From assembly GCA_964016885.1 (NCBI GenBank), contig OZ024760.1, positions 33,046,001 to 33,110,000 of the forward strand: DNA of 64,000 nucleotides. The letters run 5' to 3'. This document shows, piece by piece, positions 26,489 through 40,977 of this stretch. Origin of the DNA: Eledone cirrhosa (lineage: Eukaryota). Position numbers and translations under genes: made by a program. The first letter of the stretch is position 1; each line of letters opens with the position of its first letter. The notes under the pieces are model-generated. The model worked only from the letters and a program-made list of their open reading frames with translations, had not been told where the DNA came from and did no database searches.

Positions 26489-26785
26489 ATTAAAGGTGGA
26501 AAACTGGGAGAGGGCACTTTCTTTGGTGGTCAGGGTCATTGTGGCTCTTTACTGGGCTTTCTCCACAAATGGCCCTCCGAAGTCTCCCCCCTATTGGGGA
26601 ATTTTTCATTGTTATTTTTTGTTACACCCTCTGTTTTTTTTTTTTGTTTTTTTTTACACGCAGAAATGCCCATTTGTACCGTACTGTATTGTCCTGCACT
26701 GTCCTTAATGTCTACTTTATGTAAACCCTTGTGGTTAATAAAGAAATCATCATTATTATTATTATTATTATTATTGTTGTTGTTA

Positions 26786-27399
26786 TTCCTTGAATCTCAG
26801 TCATTGATGTTGGTTAACTGGAAAGTCCGTTGGATTGAATATCAAGCCACTACCTGCAGCCTCAGATATTCAGGACGTATCGGAGGGTTCTTGCTGTTCC
26901 AAGCAAGCATGCCTTTTGAAGCGTTCCAAAAAGCGTGAAGGGGCCGATTTTCTTTAACCATCCCTGGAAACTTTTGGAGATAGTCCCCAGTGCGCCTATG
27001 ACAATCGGGATCACTTTGACTTCATGGCAGTTCCAAATCCTTTTCACCTCCCACTTTAGGTCCTGGTATCGGTTAATTTTCTCCCTCTCCTTCTCTTGCA
27101 CTCTCGTGTCGAACGGGCAAGCCACATCCACAATCAGGCACGATCTTTTTTCTTTGTCCACAACCACCAGGTCAGGTCTATTGTGTTCCAGTTTTTTGTC
27201 CGTCTGTATCCTAAAATCCCACAGCACCTTCACCTGATTGTTCTCCATCACCGCTTCTGGCCTATGCTCATACCATTTCTCAGAATGTGGTAAATTGTTT
27301 ACTTAGCACAGGTGCCAGTGGATCACCCTGCCCATCACATCGTGTCTCCAGCCCTTATAGTGGGTCTGGGCTAGGTGTTTACACTCGGACACAATGTGA
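26786..27399 (-). mobile_element. R4/Dong-type LINE family B, copy 2 (REL domain and 3'UTR)
   Basis: Close match to 16420-17030; (TTA)n flanks; a SINE 3' end follows at 27418-27507. Confidence 0.9.
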
Positions 27400-27474
27400 T
27401 TATTATTATTATTATTAAGTAAAGTACCAGTAATGTACTGGGTATTTGCTGACCTTGTGCCAAAAGTAGAAACA

Positions 27475-27508
<34 letters not shown>

Positions 27509-27584
27509 TATTGAATGACATGTAATATGTATGTGTCTATGTATATATGTATGTGTCTATGTTTATATGTATGTGTCTATGTAT

Positions 27585-28810
27585 GTATATTCTTCTGGTT
27601 TTATAATTTCAAAAATGTTTACCAATAGAGAGAGTTGGTTTCTAACATAGTCACAATACTCTCTCATTGGAATTTACACAACATCAACTAGGTAGATATG
27701 TCTGCATGTCTGCATGCATGTTTAGATATGGATGTTATTGTATGTGTGATGTGTATGTTTTAAGTTGTATGTGTGCATGTGTATATGCTTTGCATCTGTA
27801 CATGTGTATATGCAGTTATTAGCTGCAACATTTTTGGAATGTTTTACATATTTTTACTGTTCCGTTCATGGATTGTACTTGTAATTTTCTAACTAGTTGT
27901 GTTCTTTCTGTTCCTGTGAAGCCCAGCTTTTCAAGATTTGTATTGAGGCAGTTACTAACATATTCCAGTACCCCAATAATCACAGGTATAAATCTGAAGG
28001 CATAATCAGGGTGGAGTATCTGCAGATTTCTCATCATTTCTGCATAAATATTCTCCTTTTCGCTAATCTTTGATATTATATTGCGATCTGCTGGACAGCT
28101 AATTTCCACTACTGTGCATGCCTTCTTCTCCCTGTCCCATATCATAATATCTGGTCTGTTATGCCTGCATTTTATTGGGGTTGAACATTCCACCAGTACT
28201 CTTTCATATTATGTATATGTATGTCTTCCACATTGCTGTAGCTTTTAATGTGTTTATTATCGGGGCTATCTTTGCTACGGATTGCATTGTACAGTGTTTT
28301 GGCCACTACATCATGCCTCATAGGTAGATAGTACCGCGATGACATCTTTGGACAGCTGCTTATGACATGGGTGATATCCTCGATGTTAGTTCTGCAGAGT
28401 CTGCACTTGTTATCACATCTAGGTGTTTTGCCTGCATCCCTATCTCTTTTGTGAATCAGGTATTTCGTGTTAATCCCCTGTTCTTGGATTGCAAAAGCGT
28501 ATCCTTCAAAGTGGGAGCCAATATAGCAGTTGTTGGTCCAAGATAGACTACTTTCTTTATCTATATTACTCTCACTCTGGAGCTTCCTAGCAACATATCC
28601 ATGCATGATTTTTTGCTGATAAGCATGCAGTTTTTCATCCATGGATTCACTGCGATACTGCTGAGCAACTTCCCTAGGTGTGAGTTTTTGATTATCACAC
28701 AGGGAATATCTCTCGAGGAGTTCCTTTCTAACTCTCATGATCTTATCTGTTTCATGCAGATAGACTTGCTCGAGAGACGGGCTCCTACGCTTTGAGGTTC
28801 GTAGATGATA
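27585..28810 (-). mobile_element. R4-clade LINE family C, 5'-truncated
   Basis: CRLCRTNIEDITHVISSC, MRHD, EYWWNV, RPDIMIWD..VVEISCP; 3'UTR ends at a (TATG)-like repeat. Confidence 0.85.
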
Positions 28811-29009
28811 CCAATAAAATCAAATAAAAATGAATAAAAAATAGTCCACCCTGCAAAAACAAATACATCTATACTTACTGAAGTTGTAGTTTCTGAATAA
28901 GGAAATGTGGGGATCTGTGGGATGAGGGTATTGTGGAAGGTCTGGAAGAGTATACTTATTGATAACAGGAATAATGCTCGATCCTCTCTGCCAATAAACA
29001 ACGGATTAG

Positions 29010-29430
29010 TGAAATGTTGAAACAGATATTATTATATTTGGGGAGGGTCATGTTGTTATAATATTGCCACAAAAATATAATAAAATACACTCACTGTTTG
29101 GTCTGGATTGGTTTTCACTTCAGTATATTTAAAAAAAAAATTTTTTATAATTAATTCAGCTGGCAATAAATGTTTATCATTTATTGACCAACAGTTAAAA
29201 ATGTAGTTTCTGAATAAGGAAATGTATTTAATTTCTCAGAGTTCTTTTGTCACACAACTGTGGTATCATCAGTGATGTTTCTATGTTTCCTCCTGTTGTG
29301 TTCCTAAAAATATATACTGAAGCGAAAACCAACCCAAACCAAACTGTGAGTGTGTTTTACTATATTTTTCTGGCAATATTATAACATCGTTTCCCCCAAA
29401 TATAACAATATTTGTTTCAACACACGATTT
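29010..29430. repeat. Degenerate inverted repeat with decayed hammerhead (- strand, ~29235-29276); relative of 61177-61673
   Basis: Arms TGTTGAAACAGATATT..TTCACTTCAGTATATT mirrored at 29305-29425; minus strand TCA-CTGATGA-TACCACAGTTGTGTGA-CAAAA-GAAC-TC-TGA has lost GAAA. Confidence 0.6.
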
Positions 29431-29584
29431 CATATCAAAAACCGTGCAAAACAAATACATCGTTGTCAGTGAAACAGAAATATTTATTTTAAAATACATT
29501 TTATAATACCATGCAAAAATAAAAAAAATTGGGTCTGAGAGTAAGCAAACGTTCAAAAGTTTAACTAGAGTGGGAGTAGAGCAT

Positions 29585-29880
29585 AGAGGGTGGGGGTACA
29601 GGGTCGATAAGATAAAGTACCAGTAATGCACTGGGGTGAAATTAATTGACATTGCCCTCCCCACAAAATCATTAAACTTGCACCTAAATGAGAAACTGGC
29701 ATAGGGCGGTAGATTAGCAGTAATTGGTGGAGCGTCAGACATGCTTTGCAGCATAGAGTTATGTCCCTTTACGTTCTGAGTTAAATTTGGTTTTTTTCCT
29801 TACGGGGTTGATAAAATAAAGTACCAGTCACGCACTGGGGTAGTTGCTGGCCTTGTGCCCAAGTAGAAACAGTTATTAAG
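29585..29880 (+). mobile_element. Two degraded SINE copies
   Basis: GGTCGATAAGATAAAGTACCAG and GGCGGTAGATTAGCAG...GTAGAAACAGTTATT. Confidence 0.75.
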
Positions 29881-29959
29881 CATTAATGTTTAGATATGAA
29901 AGAGAAAGGAACCAATCGTCCATTGCTGATACTATTGGTTATAATTCCTGGAAGAAGGG

Positions 29960-30300
29960 GGTTACCCCATCAGACAGGAAACCAAGCTCAAAAGGGAGAT
30001 TATCGCATCAGACAGGAAACCATGTTCAAAAGGAAGGCTAGCCATTAGACAGGCTCAATAGGGAGGCTACTCCAGTAGACAGGTTCAAAAGGGAGGCTAC
30101 CCCATTAGACAGGTTCAAAAGTGAGGCTACCCTAGTGGACATACTCGAAGAGGGAGGCTACATCATGAGGCAAACTCAGAAGGGAGGCTACTCCATTAGA
30201 CAGGTTCACAAGGGAGGTTACTCCACTAGACTGGCCCAAAAGGGAGGCTACTCCATTAGACTGGCTCAAAGGGAGGTTATCTCAACGCACAGGAAACCAG
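29960..30300. repeat. ~30-bp degenerate minisatellite, about 10 units
   Basis: Consensus AAAAGGGAGGCTACTCCATTAGACAGGTTC. Confidence 0.85.
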
Positions 30301-30502
30301 GCTGAAACGTCTCGCCACAGAGTGGAATCTGCTAAAGTCAACCAAGAAATATCGTTTGGACTAATACTGCAACAACAACAACTGCAACAACAACAACAAT
30401 AACTTCAACAACAACAATAACAACAACGGTGACAACTCGAAGGAAGACGAAAAGAGATAAAGAAAAAAACAAGCCAAAAGTAAAGAAGCCATTTTACCTT
30501 AC

Positions 30503-31631
30503 TTTGTCGCCAACTCTTCGACTGTTTATTCGCCGCCATATCAATTGCAGAAAATTTTACTGTTGGAGTCATTTGTTGATTAGCTGCTTTTACTGCTGTC
30601 TGGGCTGGTTCACCCTTGGTTTCTGCTGTTTCGAATGGGTTTTCCGCAGTCTCTGCTGTCTGGGGTAGCTCACCTTCAATCTCTGCTATCTGGGGTGGCT
30701 CACCTTCAATCTCTGCTGTCTGGGGTAGCACATCTCCAGTCTCTGCTATCTGGGGTGGCTCACCTCCAATCTCTGCTACCTGGGGTGGTACACCTTCAAT
30801 CTCTGCTATCTGGGGTGGTACACCTTCAATCTCTGCTGTCTGGGGTAGCACATCTCCAGTCACTAGTATCTCGGGTAGCTCACCTACAATCTCTGCTTCC
30901 TGGGGTAGCTCACCTCCAGTCAGTGCTATCTGGGGTGGCTCACCTTCAATCATTGCTATCTGGGGTGGTACACCTTCAATCTCTGCTATCTGGGGTGGTA
31001 CACCTTCAATCTCTGCTATCTGGGGTGGTACACCTTCAATCTCTGCTATCTGGGGTGGTACACCTTCAATCTCTGCTATCTGGGGTGGTACACCTTCAAT
31101 CTCTGCTATCTGGGGTGGCTCACCTTCAATCATTGCTATCTGGGGTAGCTCACCTCCAGTCACTGCTATCTGGGGTGGTACACCTCCAATCTCTGCTGTC
31201 TGGGGTAGCACATCTCCAGTCACTGCTATCTGGGGTAGCTCACCTCCAGTCACTGCTATCTGGGGTGGTACACCTTCAATCTCTGCTGTCTGGGGTGGTA
31301 CACCTCCAATCTCTGCTGTCTGGGGTAGCACATCTCCAGTCACTGCTATCTGGGGTAGCACACCTCCAGTCACTGCTATCTGGGGTAGCTCACCTCCAGT
31401 CACTGCTATCTGGGGTAGCACATTTCCAGTCTCTGCTGTCTGGGGTAGTTTTTCAAAAATCTCTGTTGATTCGGGTGGTTCCTCATTATCACTTTTCGTT
31501 GTCTGAGGAGACTCCACATTTTCAGCGTTTTCTTCCAATGTTATCGGATCTGCGCCATTTATTTCGCCTATATTTCCCTCAAATTCACCTTCGAAACTCA
31601 CAGAGGGATTTCTTCTTTTTCTGTCTTCCAT
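30503..31631 (-). CDS. Predicted host gene first coding exon: acidic region with ~27 decapeptide repeats (PQIAEIEGVP type)
   Basis: ATG at 31631 in gcaacaATGG context; 1129 nt open; donor CAAA|GTAAGG gives phase 1, matching the exon at 12184. Confidence 0.75.
30651..31450. repeat. Coding 30-bp tandem repeat, ~27 units, no indels
   Basis: TGGGGTGGTACACCTTCAATCTCTGCTATC variants in strict 30-nt register. Confidence 0.97.
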
Positions 31632-31739
31632 TGTTGCACCATTGGACAAAAATATGATTGTTGAGAAAAATGAATAAAGTCAAAAGAAAAACGGGAACAC
31701 GAAAAGGAAACAACCAAAATATCGAAACCTATATATAGT

Positions 31740-32090
31740 TATGTATGTATGTATGTATGTATGTATGTATGTATGTATGTATGTATGTATGTATGTATGT
31801 ATGTATGTATGTATGTATGTATGTAGATGTAAGTATGTATGTATGTATGTATGTATGTATGTATGTATGTATGTATGTATGTATGTATGTATGTAGATGT
31901 ATGTATGTGGATTTATCTATATATGTATGTATGTATGTATGTGTGTATATATGTATGTATGTGTATGTATATGTATGGACGTATATATGTGTGTGTATGT
32001 ATATATGTATGTTTATAAATATGTATATGTATGTATGTGTGTATGTATGCATTATGTAGGTTCGTTTATACATATATATATGTGTGTGTG

Positions 32091-32150
<60 letters not shown>

Positions 32151-32419
32151 AGTCTATGTATGCATGCATATATATATACATACATCCATGCATACGCACA
32201 TGAATACATACACATACTCAGATACAAACACATACATACACCCACATACATACATACACACACACGTAAACACATATAGACATATACATATCACTTCACA
32301 AGTGTGTGTATATTTATGTATGAGTGAGTATGTCTATATGTGTGTATGTATGTATGTGTATGTATATATGTATGTATATAGGTGTGTATGTATATATATA
32401 TGTACGTATGTGTGTATGT

Positions 32420-32517
<98 letters not shown>

Positions 32518-32690
32518 GTATATGTATGTATGCATGTATGTATGTATGTGTATATGTATATATATATGTATGTGCGTATTTATGTATGTATGTATGTATG
32601 TATGTATGTATGTATGTACGTACACTCACGCATATACACACACATACACATATATACACACACATACACACATATATACACACATACATA
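31740..32690. repeat. (TATG)n, (GA)n, (TA)n, (CA)n microsatellite complex
   Basis: Directly visible. Confidence 0.97.
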
Positions 32691-32739
32691 TGACATTTGC
32701 CTTCAAAGCAAAAAACAAAATCAAGATATCACGTTTAAA

Positions 32740-32930
32740 AACCTTTATGACGTCACTGCATTTCTTTTTGGAAACGTAAGCCGGGAAAAAGTGTCATGGC
32801 GCACGTGGATCACCTTCTTCCTGATCAACGCTTATTGGCATGCGCGCGCAGGTGTTACTAAAATACATGACCAGTATTGTAATTTAGTGATTTGAGCGTC
32901 CGATTCTCAATCATGACGTCGTGATTTCAA
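32740..32930. promoter_or_regulatory. Candidate promoter of the minus-strand gene
   Basis: Local CpG-rich unique patch ~1.1 kb upstream of the ATG with TGACGTCA (32748-32755), CACGTG (32802-32807), ATTGG (32834-32838) and GCATGCGCGCGCA. Motif clustering only. Confidence 0.4.
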
Positions 32931-33072
32931 TGAGCAAGACATTTTATTTCACCTTGCTCCATTTCTTTCAGCTGTAGAAATGACTCGTGGTGTCATATGT
33001 GCCAAGTTGTAGAAACATTTCCCTTTGTATAGAGTGTATATATTGTATATATAAAGTATATTTATATAGTAA

Positions 33073-33985
33073 CTAGCAGTGGTACCAGGCGTTGCACGGG
33101 ATAAGGTATTTTGGAACGCCAGCCGCCAACAGACCTAATCGTGGAAAAACTGCATGCCTGGACAATATGTAAAGAAAATAAACCGAATACTCTGATGGCT
33201 GGATAATCTTTAAGCAGGTTTGATGCAGGTTTTCCCCTAATGCGGGCCCTAGGGGATCAAGAAAATGAATTTTTTTTATGTGCATAATATGCCTTGAAAT
33301 TTCGGGAAAATCGGCTAGACGTAACGCCTCAAAAAAGCCCCAAAAAGCTGAAAAAATGAAGTTTTTCACCTAATGCGGGCCCAAGTCCATAAAACAGTTG
33401 GATATTCTTTGCTCACGGTTTGAAGAAGAGACTGACTAATTCATAGTTACAATTTCAAGGAAATCGGTCTGACGTAATGCCTAAAAAAAACCCCTAAAAA
33501 CCTGAAAAAACGCAATTTTTCACCTAATGCGGGCCCTAGGGAACCAAAAGTTAGATTTGTTATGTGCATAAACTCCCTGAAACATAAGTAATACATATGT
33601 AAAGTTTGAAAAAGGTCGGTTGGGTACTTCTCGAGTTTTAGGGATTCAAACTCACAGACACACACACACACAGACAGACAGACTTCCTCAGGGAAGTGAT
33701 GTAATGCAGACAGCCAGACATACAGACAGATATTATAAGGGCGCGACGTTATATGTATGTATCTATCTAAAAAGAGAAAGACTAAGAATTATAGATTGAG
33801 ATCGCTAAATCGCCTAATGCGGTCCCTAGGACATTGAAAATTCGAATTTCTTTTTGCGCAGATCACTCCCTGAAACATACGTATTACATGCGTAAAGTTT
33901 GAAAACAGTCGGTAGGGTGCTTCTCGAGTTTTAGGGATTCAAACTCACACACACACAGACAGACATCCTCAGTTTTATATATATA
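33073..33985 (-). mobile_element. Non-autonomous Helitron-like element
   Basis: Minus-strand end CCCGTGCAACGCCTGG..CTAG|T (hairpin plus CTAG); other end TATAAAACTGAGGATGTCTGTCTG; internal repeats CCTAATGCGGGCCCTAGG. Confidence 0.6.
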
Positions 33986-34004
33986 AACCGGGTGGTTTTC
34001 TGCT

Positions 34005-34280
34005 AGTATATATATATATTACACACACAGAAATGTATATATATTTCTGTGTGTATATATATATATATTACACACACAGAAATGTATATATATTTCTGTG
34101 TGTATATATATATATATATTACACACACAGAAATGTATATATATTTCTGTGCGTATATATATATATATTTCACACACAGAAATGTATATATATTTCTGTG
34201 TGTATATATATATATATTTCTGTGTGTGTATATATATATATATATTACACACACAGAGAAATGTATATATGTTTCTGTAG
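34005..34280. repeat. ~40-bp minisatellite of palindromic units
   Basis: ACACAGAAAT-gtatatat-ATTTCTGTGT repeated about 5-6 times with (TA)n spacers. Confidence 0.85.
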
Positions 34281-35444
34281 CACTCCACAATTCCCCCCTC
34301 TCTCCCTCCCGCTATCCCCCTCTTGTAGTCTGTCTCTTTCTTTCACTCTCACTCTCTCTACGCGTGCGCAAAAAACATTCGCACGCGCGCACGTGTTTCC
34401 ACTGTCGGACAGACAGACAGAGAAATTGCTGGTTATATATTATAAGGAGATTACATATAGATATGTAACTATATATATCATCATCATCATCCCCATTATA
34501 TATATATATAATATGGGCCGAAGCCGAAAAAAATTTTGTTTGGCAGCTCTAATTGCGCCTTAATTTTATTCAAAAAATTGTATACTAACATATTCGAATA
34601 CCAGGCACTATTGGAATCAACAATAGCAGCGTCCTGAGGGTCATTACAAAACACAAATTCGCGAGAATTTGTGTTTAAGGCTTGGAAGGTGGTAAAAAAA
34701 TCCACAAAATCTTCCATTCTTTTAAAAAAAAAATTTATTTTTAATAATATTTAAATAACTGGCGGTTAGAAAAAAATATTCCTATGAAATTTTAATCATA
34801 CCATTAGGTGTGAATAAGGAAATATTTTTTTATTGTCAAAACAAATGTTCAAAAGTTAAACTTCAATTTTTTCATGAAATTGAACACTGGACATTGGCTG
34901 CTGGAAATGGAAATTAAATCGTATTTAATTGTATTTAAATTTCTAATCTTATTTTATATTTTTTCAATAAGAAATAAAAAAAAAACAACAAAAAAAATTG
35001 AAGAAAAAAATTGAACAAATCAAACGTAGGTTATGGAACTGCGCAATCTGATTAATAAATTACCACATCAGCAGCAACCTTCTTCAAATGGTCCTTATTA
35101 TCAGCAGCAACAACCACAAATCCAATGGCAACCTTCTTCGCATGGTGTCAAGTCAGAACCGCCTCGAACTGGTTACTTCTGGCTTGTGCAAGGTGTCTCT
35201 ATAGCAACCAGCCATTCCCTCGGCCTCAGTGACCAAAGTCAGTGGAGAGGGGAAGGTAATGTTTCTGTAGCACGTGTTTTAGTGTCTATTCACTCTCTCT
35301 CTCTCTCCCTCTCTCCCTCCCTGCTATCCCCCTCTCGTAGTCTGTCTCTTTCTTTCACTCTCACCCTCTCTCTACGCACGTGTTTCCACTGTCGGACAGA
35401 CAGACAGAGAAATTGGTGGTTATATATATAAGTAGATAATAAAA

Positions 35445-35506
<62 letters not shown>

Positions 35507-35544
35507 TATATAGTGTAGAAATAGTGTATATATTGTGTATATAG

Positions 35545-37405
35545 AGTATCTATCTAAGGCGGGTAAAATTCCCGAGATCCATGGACGAGTTCTCTCCAGC
35601 GGTCTCTGTCCCTCATTATCGCTGCCATGTCCTGCGTCTTCAATAGACCAGTGTCTGACCTTAGGGCATCAACATACGCCAACCTTGGTCTTCCTCTTCC
35701 AGTGTGTCCATGTAGGGGCTCCCAAAGGAGCACTGAGTGCAATGTCAACTCTGGATGTCGGTGAGCATGTCCAGCTAACCTCAGTCTCCTCTGTGTCACT
35801 TTTGAGCTGACTTTTGGGATGCTCCCATACAGCTCTGAGTTTTTCATCCTCAGTGTATACTGATTAATGTTCAGAGCCATCCTCAGCATTCTCGTGTAGC
35901 ACCCATCCACCATCTGAGTGAGTTTCTTGGTCAGTGTCTAAGGCTCAGACCCATACAGCAGCACAGACTCCACTACAGCAATGAAGAGGCGGATTTTCAG
36001 GTCTCTACGAAGGTCCGACTTCCACACCGATCTCAAGCTGTGGCACGCCGCCCAGGCCTTGCTCTTCCTCTCAACCACATCATCTTCCGTATTCCCAATC
36101 TTTGCTCCCAAATACAAGAAGTCCTCAACCAATTCCAGTGGCTTCCCGCCTGCATTAGTGATCCCCTCTGGCTTCTCAACATTCTCTACCAGATATTTTG
36201 TTTTAGTCTCATTCATTCTCAGCCCCACACTCATCGACACAGTCTCAACCTCCCGCATCAAATCCCCTGCCTCCTTCTCTGTATTTGTCACCAAAACTAT
36301 GTCGACGGCAAATTCAGCATCCGATACCTTTTTCGCCCTAACTATCCTGCTCTGAGCCGGTGCTACAGTAAAGCCAGAGTCCTGGTGTTTCTCCAGTGCA
36401 AGGTCCACTACGATGATAAAAAGGTAGAGAGCCAATGTATCTCCCTGGAGCACTCCAGCCAGTATCTCAAAGAACTCTGTCATCCCATCAGGTGTAATGA
36501 CTTGGGCTTTGGTGTTGGTGTAGAGCAGTGATATCAGGTCCACTATCTTCTTGGGGATTCCATAAGCCTGTAAGATCTTCATCAGGCAGTAACGGTCCAC
36601 AGAATCAAAGGCCTTCCTAAAGTCAATGAAAACCATGACCGCAGGAAGGCACTTTGCTCTAGCTCCCTCTAATATCCTCCTCAGCATCAGGATGTGACTG
36701 GTGGTTGATCTACCCTCTCTGAAGCCGTTCTGGTTGTCCCTGAGCTTCTTCTCCATCTCAGGCTGGATCCTGTTAAGAATCATCCTGTTGAGGGTCTTTG
36801 CCACAAGTGACGTCAGTGAGATCCCCCGGTAGTTGTTGGTGTTAGAGAGAACTCCCTTCTTTGGCACTGGGACGATGTTACTGATCCTCCACTGATTCGG
36901 GGCAACTCCTTTCTCCAGTGCCCCGTTACAGAACCCCAGGATGATATCATCAAAATCACACCTCTTCATCACCTCTGATGCCACTCCATCTTCTCCATGA
37001 GCCTTGCCCTCCTTGGCTCTCTGAAGCTCCTCTCTGGTGAAGGGCTCTGTCGCAACATCCAGTTCCTCAAACAGCCGCCTGATCTCCCCAGTGCTCTGGG
37101 CTGTGGAGGGTGGCTCTCCTAGTAGGGTCCTAAAATGGTCTAGCCATTTCCTCTTCCTATCCTCGGGCCCCGTTCCCTGGATCTGACTCGAACACCTTCT
37201 CTTCCTCCCTGTGATCTCGTTGATGATCATCCAGCTCTCCTTACATCCAGATCTGTCAACCGCTCTCTCCACACTTCTGATCTTCTCTATCAGTGCCTCC
37301 TCTCTGACCTCAGTGTAAGCGGTACAGAGCTCTTCCCTCATCACCTCCACAGTCTCCATCCTCTCCTCCGTAGGATCAGCATAGAATTGATCCCTGGCAG
37401 CTTTC
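35545..37405 (-). mobile_element. 5'-truncated RTE/RTE-X-like LINE, inactivated RT
   Basis: NYRGISL, QNGFREGRST, FIDFRKAFDSV, GVLQGDTLA, FAVD (catalytic DD altered), FLYLG, LLYGSE, RLRLAGH. Confidence 0.85.
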
Positions 37406-37946
37406 AGAGTATATAGTGTATATATTGTGTATATAGTGTATATACAGAGTATAGAGCGTAAATATAGAATATTGTGTATATACAGAATATAGAGTGCATA
37501 TATATATAGATTATATAGTGTATATATAGATTATATAGAGAGGAGAGTTTGTTGGTAATTGATATAGAGAGGGGGGAGGGAGAGGATGAATAAATTTGGT
37601 ATAACACCAGTTTCTTACCAAATGCGAAGAAGCTGGATATATTAACCTCTAAGGAAAGGGTACAGAGCATAATTATATAGGGTGGCGGTGGCACTGGGGG
37701 TAGTGTCTGTATGTCTGTCCCTCCCCTCAGACTGGGGTGTAGTGTGTGCCAACCTCCCTCTATCCACCACCTCCCACCCTCCCTCTATCAACCACTCCCT
37801 CTATCCACCACCTCCCACCCTCCCTCTATCCACCACCGCCCACCCTCCCTCTACAACAACGTCTTCTGTTTCACCCCCTACCTCTCTCTCCTCCACCATC
37901 TCAAGGTGTTTTATAGGAATGTTGGAATGTCTCTTTCTCTCCGTAT

Positions 37947-38023
<77 letters not shown>

Positions 38024-38584
38024 TATATATATATATATATATAGTGTGTGTGTGTGTGTGTATGTATATATATATATGTATGTATGTGTGGATGAAGGTA
38101 TGTGTGTATATATAGGTGTAAGTGCACTAAATCCCTTTCTATCAATCTCCCCTCTCCTACCTACCACAGGAAGATATATGTATGTATATTGCTTCCACCC
38201 CCTCACTGACCAGCAGCTGGCCATCTGACCATTGCTAAATTTGACCTTTATAAAATAACCCACACCCCCAAATAACTTCTCATTCACTACCAGAAAGGCA
38301 CCCAGCAGTCAACGAGCTGCTAAACGAGCTGCTACCAAGATGAAAACTACTGTGAAATCCCACAATGAATTTTATACTTGAATTTTCAAATCTCAAATTT
38401 TAACTCTTCTTATTATTAATTTTTCTTAATATGAATCAACATTTGAAAAGATGGCTTTTGCAGACCCATCGAAACGGGTCATTTTTTATACCCTTTATTA
38501 TTTCCTTACCTTATAAAATTATATGTTTTTTCACAAAAAAGTATTCTGTCTCTTATATATTCCATGTGCCATTACCAACCTCAA

Positions 38585-39535
<951 letters not shown>

Positions 39536-39775
39536 TAATTTCCATATATATATATGTATATATATTCATTAGTTAAGCAAAACAAGACCACAAATTTCAC
39601 AAGGAAGACATTATTAAAAGATTGTCAACATATTTTAGTTTGATGTAAGGAATGTAGAGAATAATAATAATAATATCTATCTATCAATCTATATACTACT
39701 AAAACTCTGATCTTGGTTGGTTGCTTGCTTGCTTGCCCACACTTTCTCTATATATATATGTTCATATTTGTGTAT

Positions 39776-40383
39776 ATACAGGTTGTCCCCACAAAAATGT
39801 ATACCCACTTTGATTGCCTATACATGCATTATTTGTTAGGATCGTGTATACATTTTTAGGGACCCCGGTATTATTATATATATATATAGTGTCCCCGAAA
39901 AATGTATACACACTTTGATTACCTGTACAGGCAATATATATATATTAGAATGGTGTATACATTTTTAGGGACCCCGGTATATATATATATGGTGTCCCCG
40001 AAAAATGTATACAGACTTTGATTACCTGTACAGGCAATATATATATTAGAATGGTGTATACATTTTTAGGGACCCAGGTATATATATATGGTGTCCTCGA
40101 AAAATGTATACACACTTTGATTACCTGTACAGGCAATATATATATTAGAATGGTGTATACATTTTTAGGGACACCGGTATATATATATATATGGTGTCCC
40201 GGAAAAATGTATACACACTTTGATTACCTGTACAGGCAATATATATATTAGAATGCTAAATACATTTTTAGGGACACCGGCATATATATATATATATGGT
40301 GTCCCGGGAAAATGTATACACACTTTGATTACCTGTACAGGCAATATATATATTAGAATGGTGTATACATTTTTAGGGACACC

Positions 40384-40432
<49 letters not shown>

Positions 40433-40936
40433 TGTCCCCGAAAAATGTATACACACTTTGATTATCTGTACAGGCAATATATATATTAGAATGGTGTATA
40501 CATTTTTAGGGACCACGGTATATACATATATGGTGTCCCCGAAAAATGTATACACACTTTGATTACCTGTACAGGCAATATATATATTAGAATGATGTAT
40601 ACATTTTTAGGGACCCCGGTATATTTATATATATATATGGTGTCCCCGAAAAATGTATACAAACTTTGATTACCTGTACAGCCAATATATATATTAGAAT
40701 GGTGTATACATTTTTAGGGACCCCGGTATATATATATATATATATGGTGTCCCTGGAAAAATGTATACACACTTCGATTACCTGTACAGGCAATATATAT
40801 ATTAGAATGGTGTATACATTTTTAGGGACCCCTGTATATATATATATATGGTGTCCCTGGAAAAATGTATACACACTTCGATTACCTGTACAGGCAATAT
40901 ATATATTAGAATGGTGTATACATTTTTAGGGACCCC

Positions 40937-40977
<41 letters not shown>

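Larger units (their letters stand above)
20715..26785 (+). mobile_element. Apparently full-length Tx1/L1-clade LINE (~6.1 kb)
   Basis: 5'UTR, ORF1, ORF2 (APE-RT-C-terminal Cys motif), T-rich 3'UTR, AATAAA and (TTA)n tail; (TTA)n directly 5'. Confidence 0.93.

Noticed and set aside
30616-31657. Plus-strand ORFs of 296 and 340 aa
   Set aside because: Antisense shadows of the 30-bp repeat; only the minus frame has a good ATG context and a phase-compatible donor.
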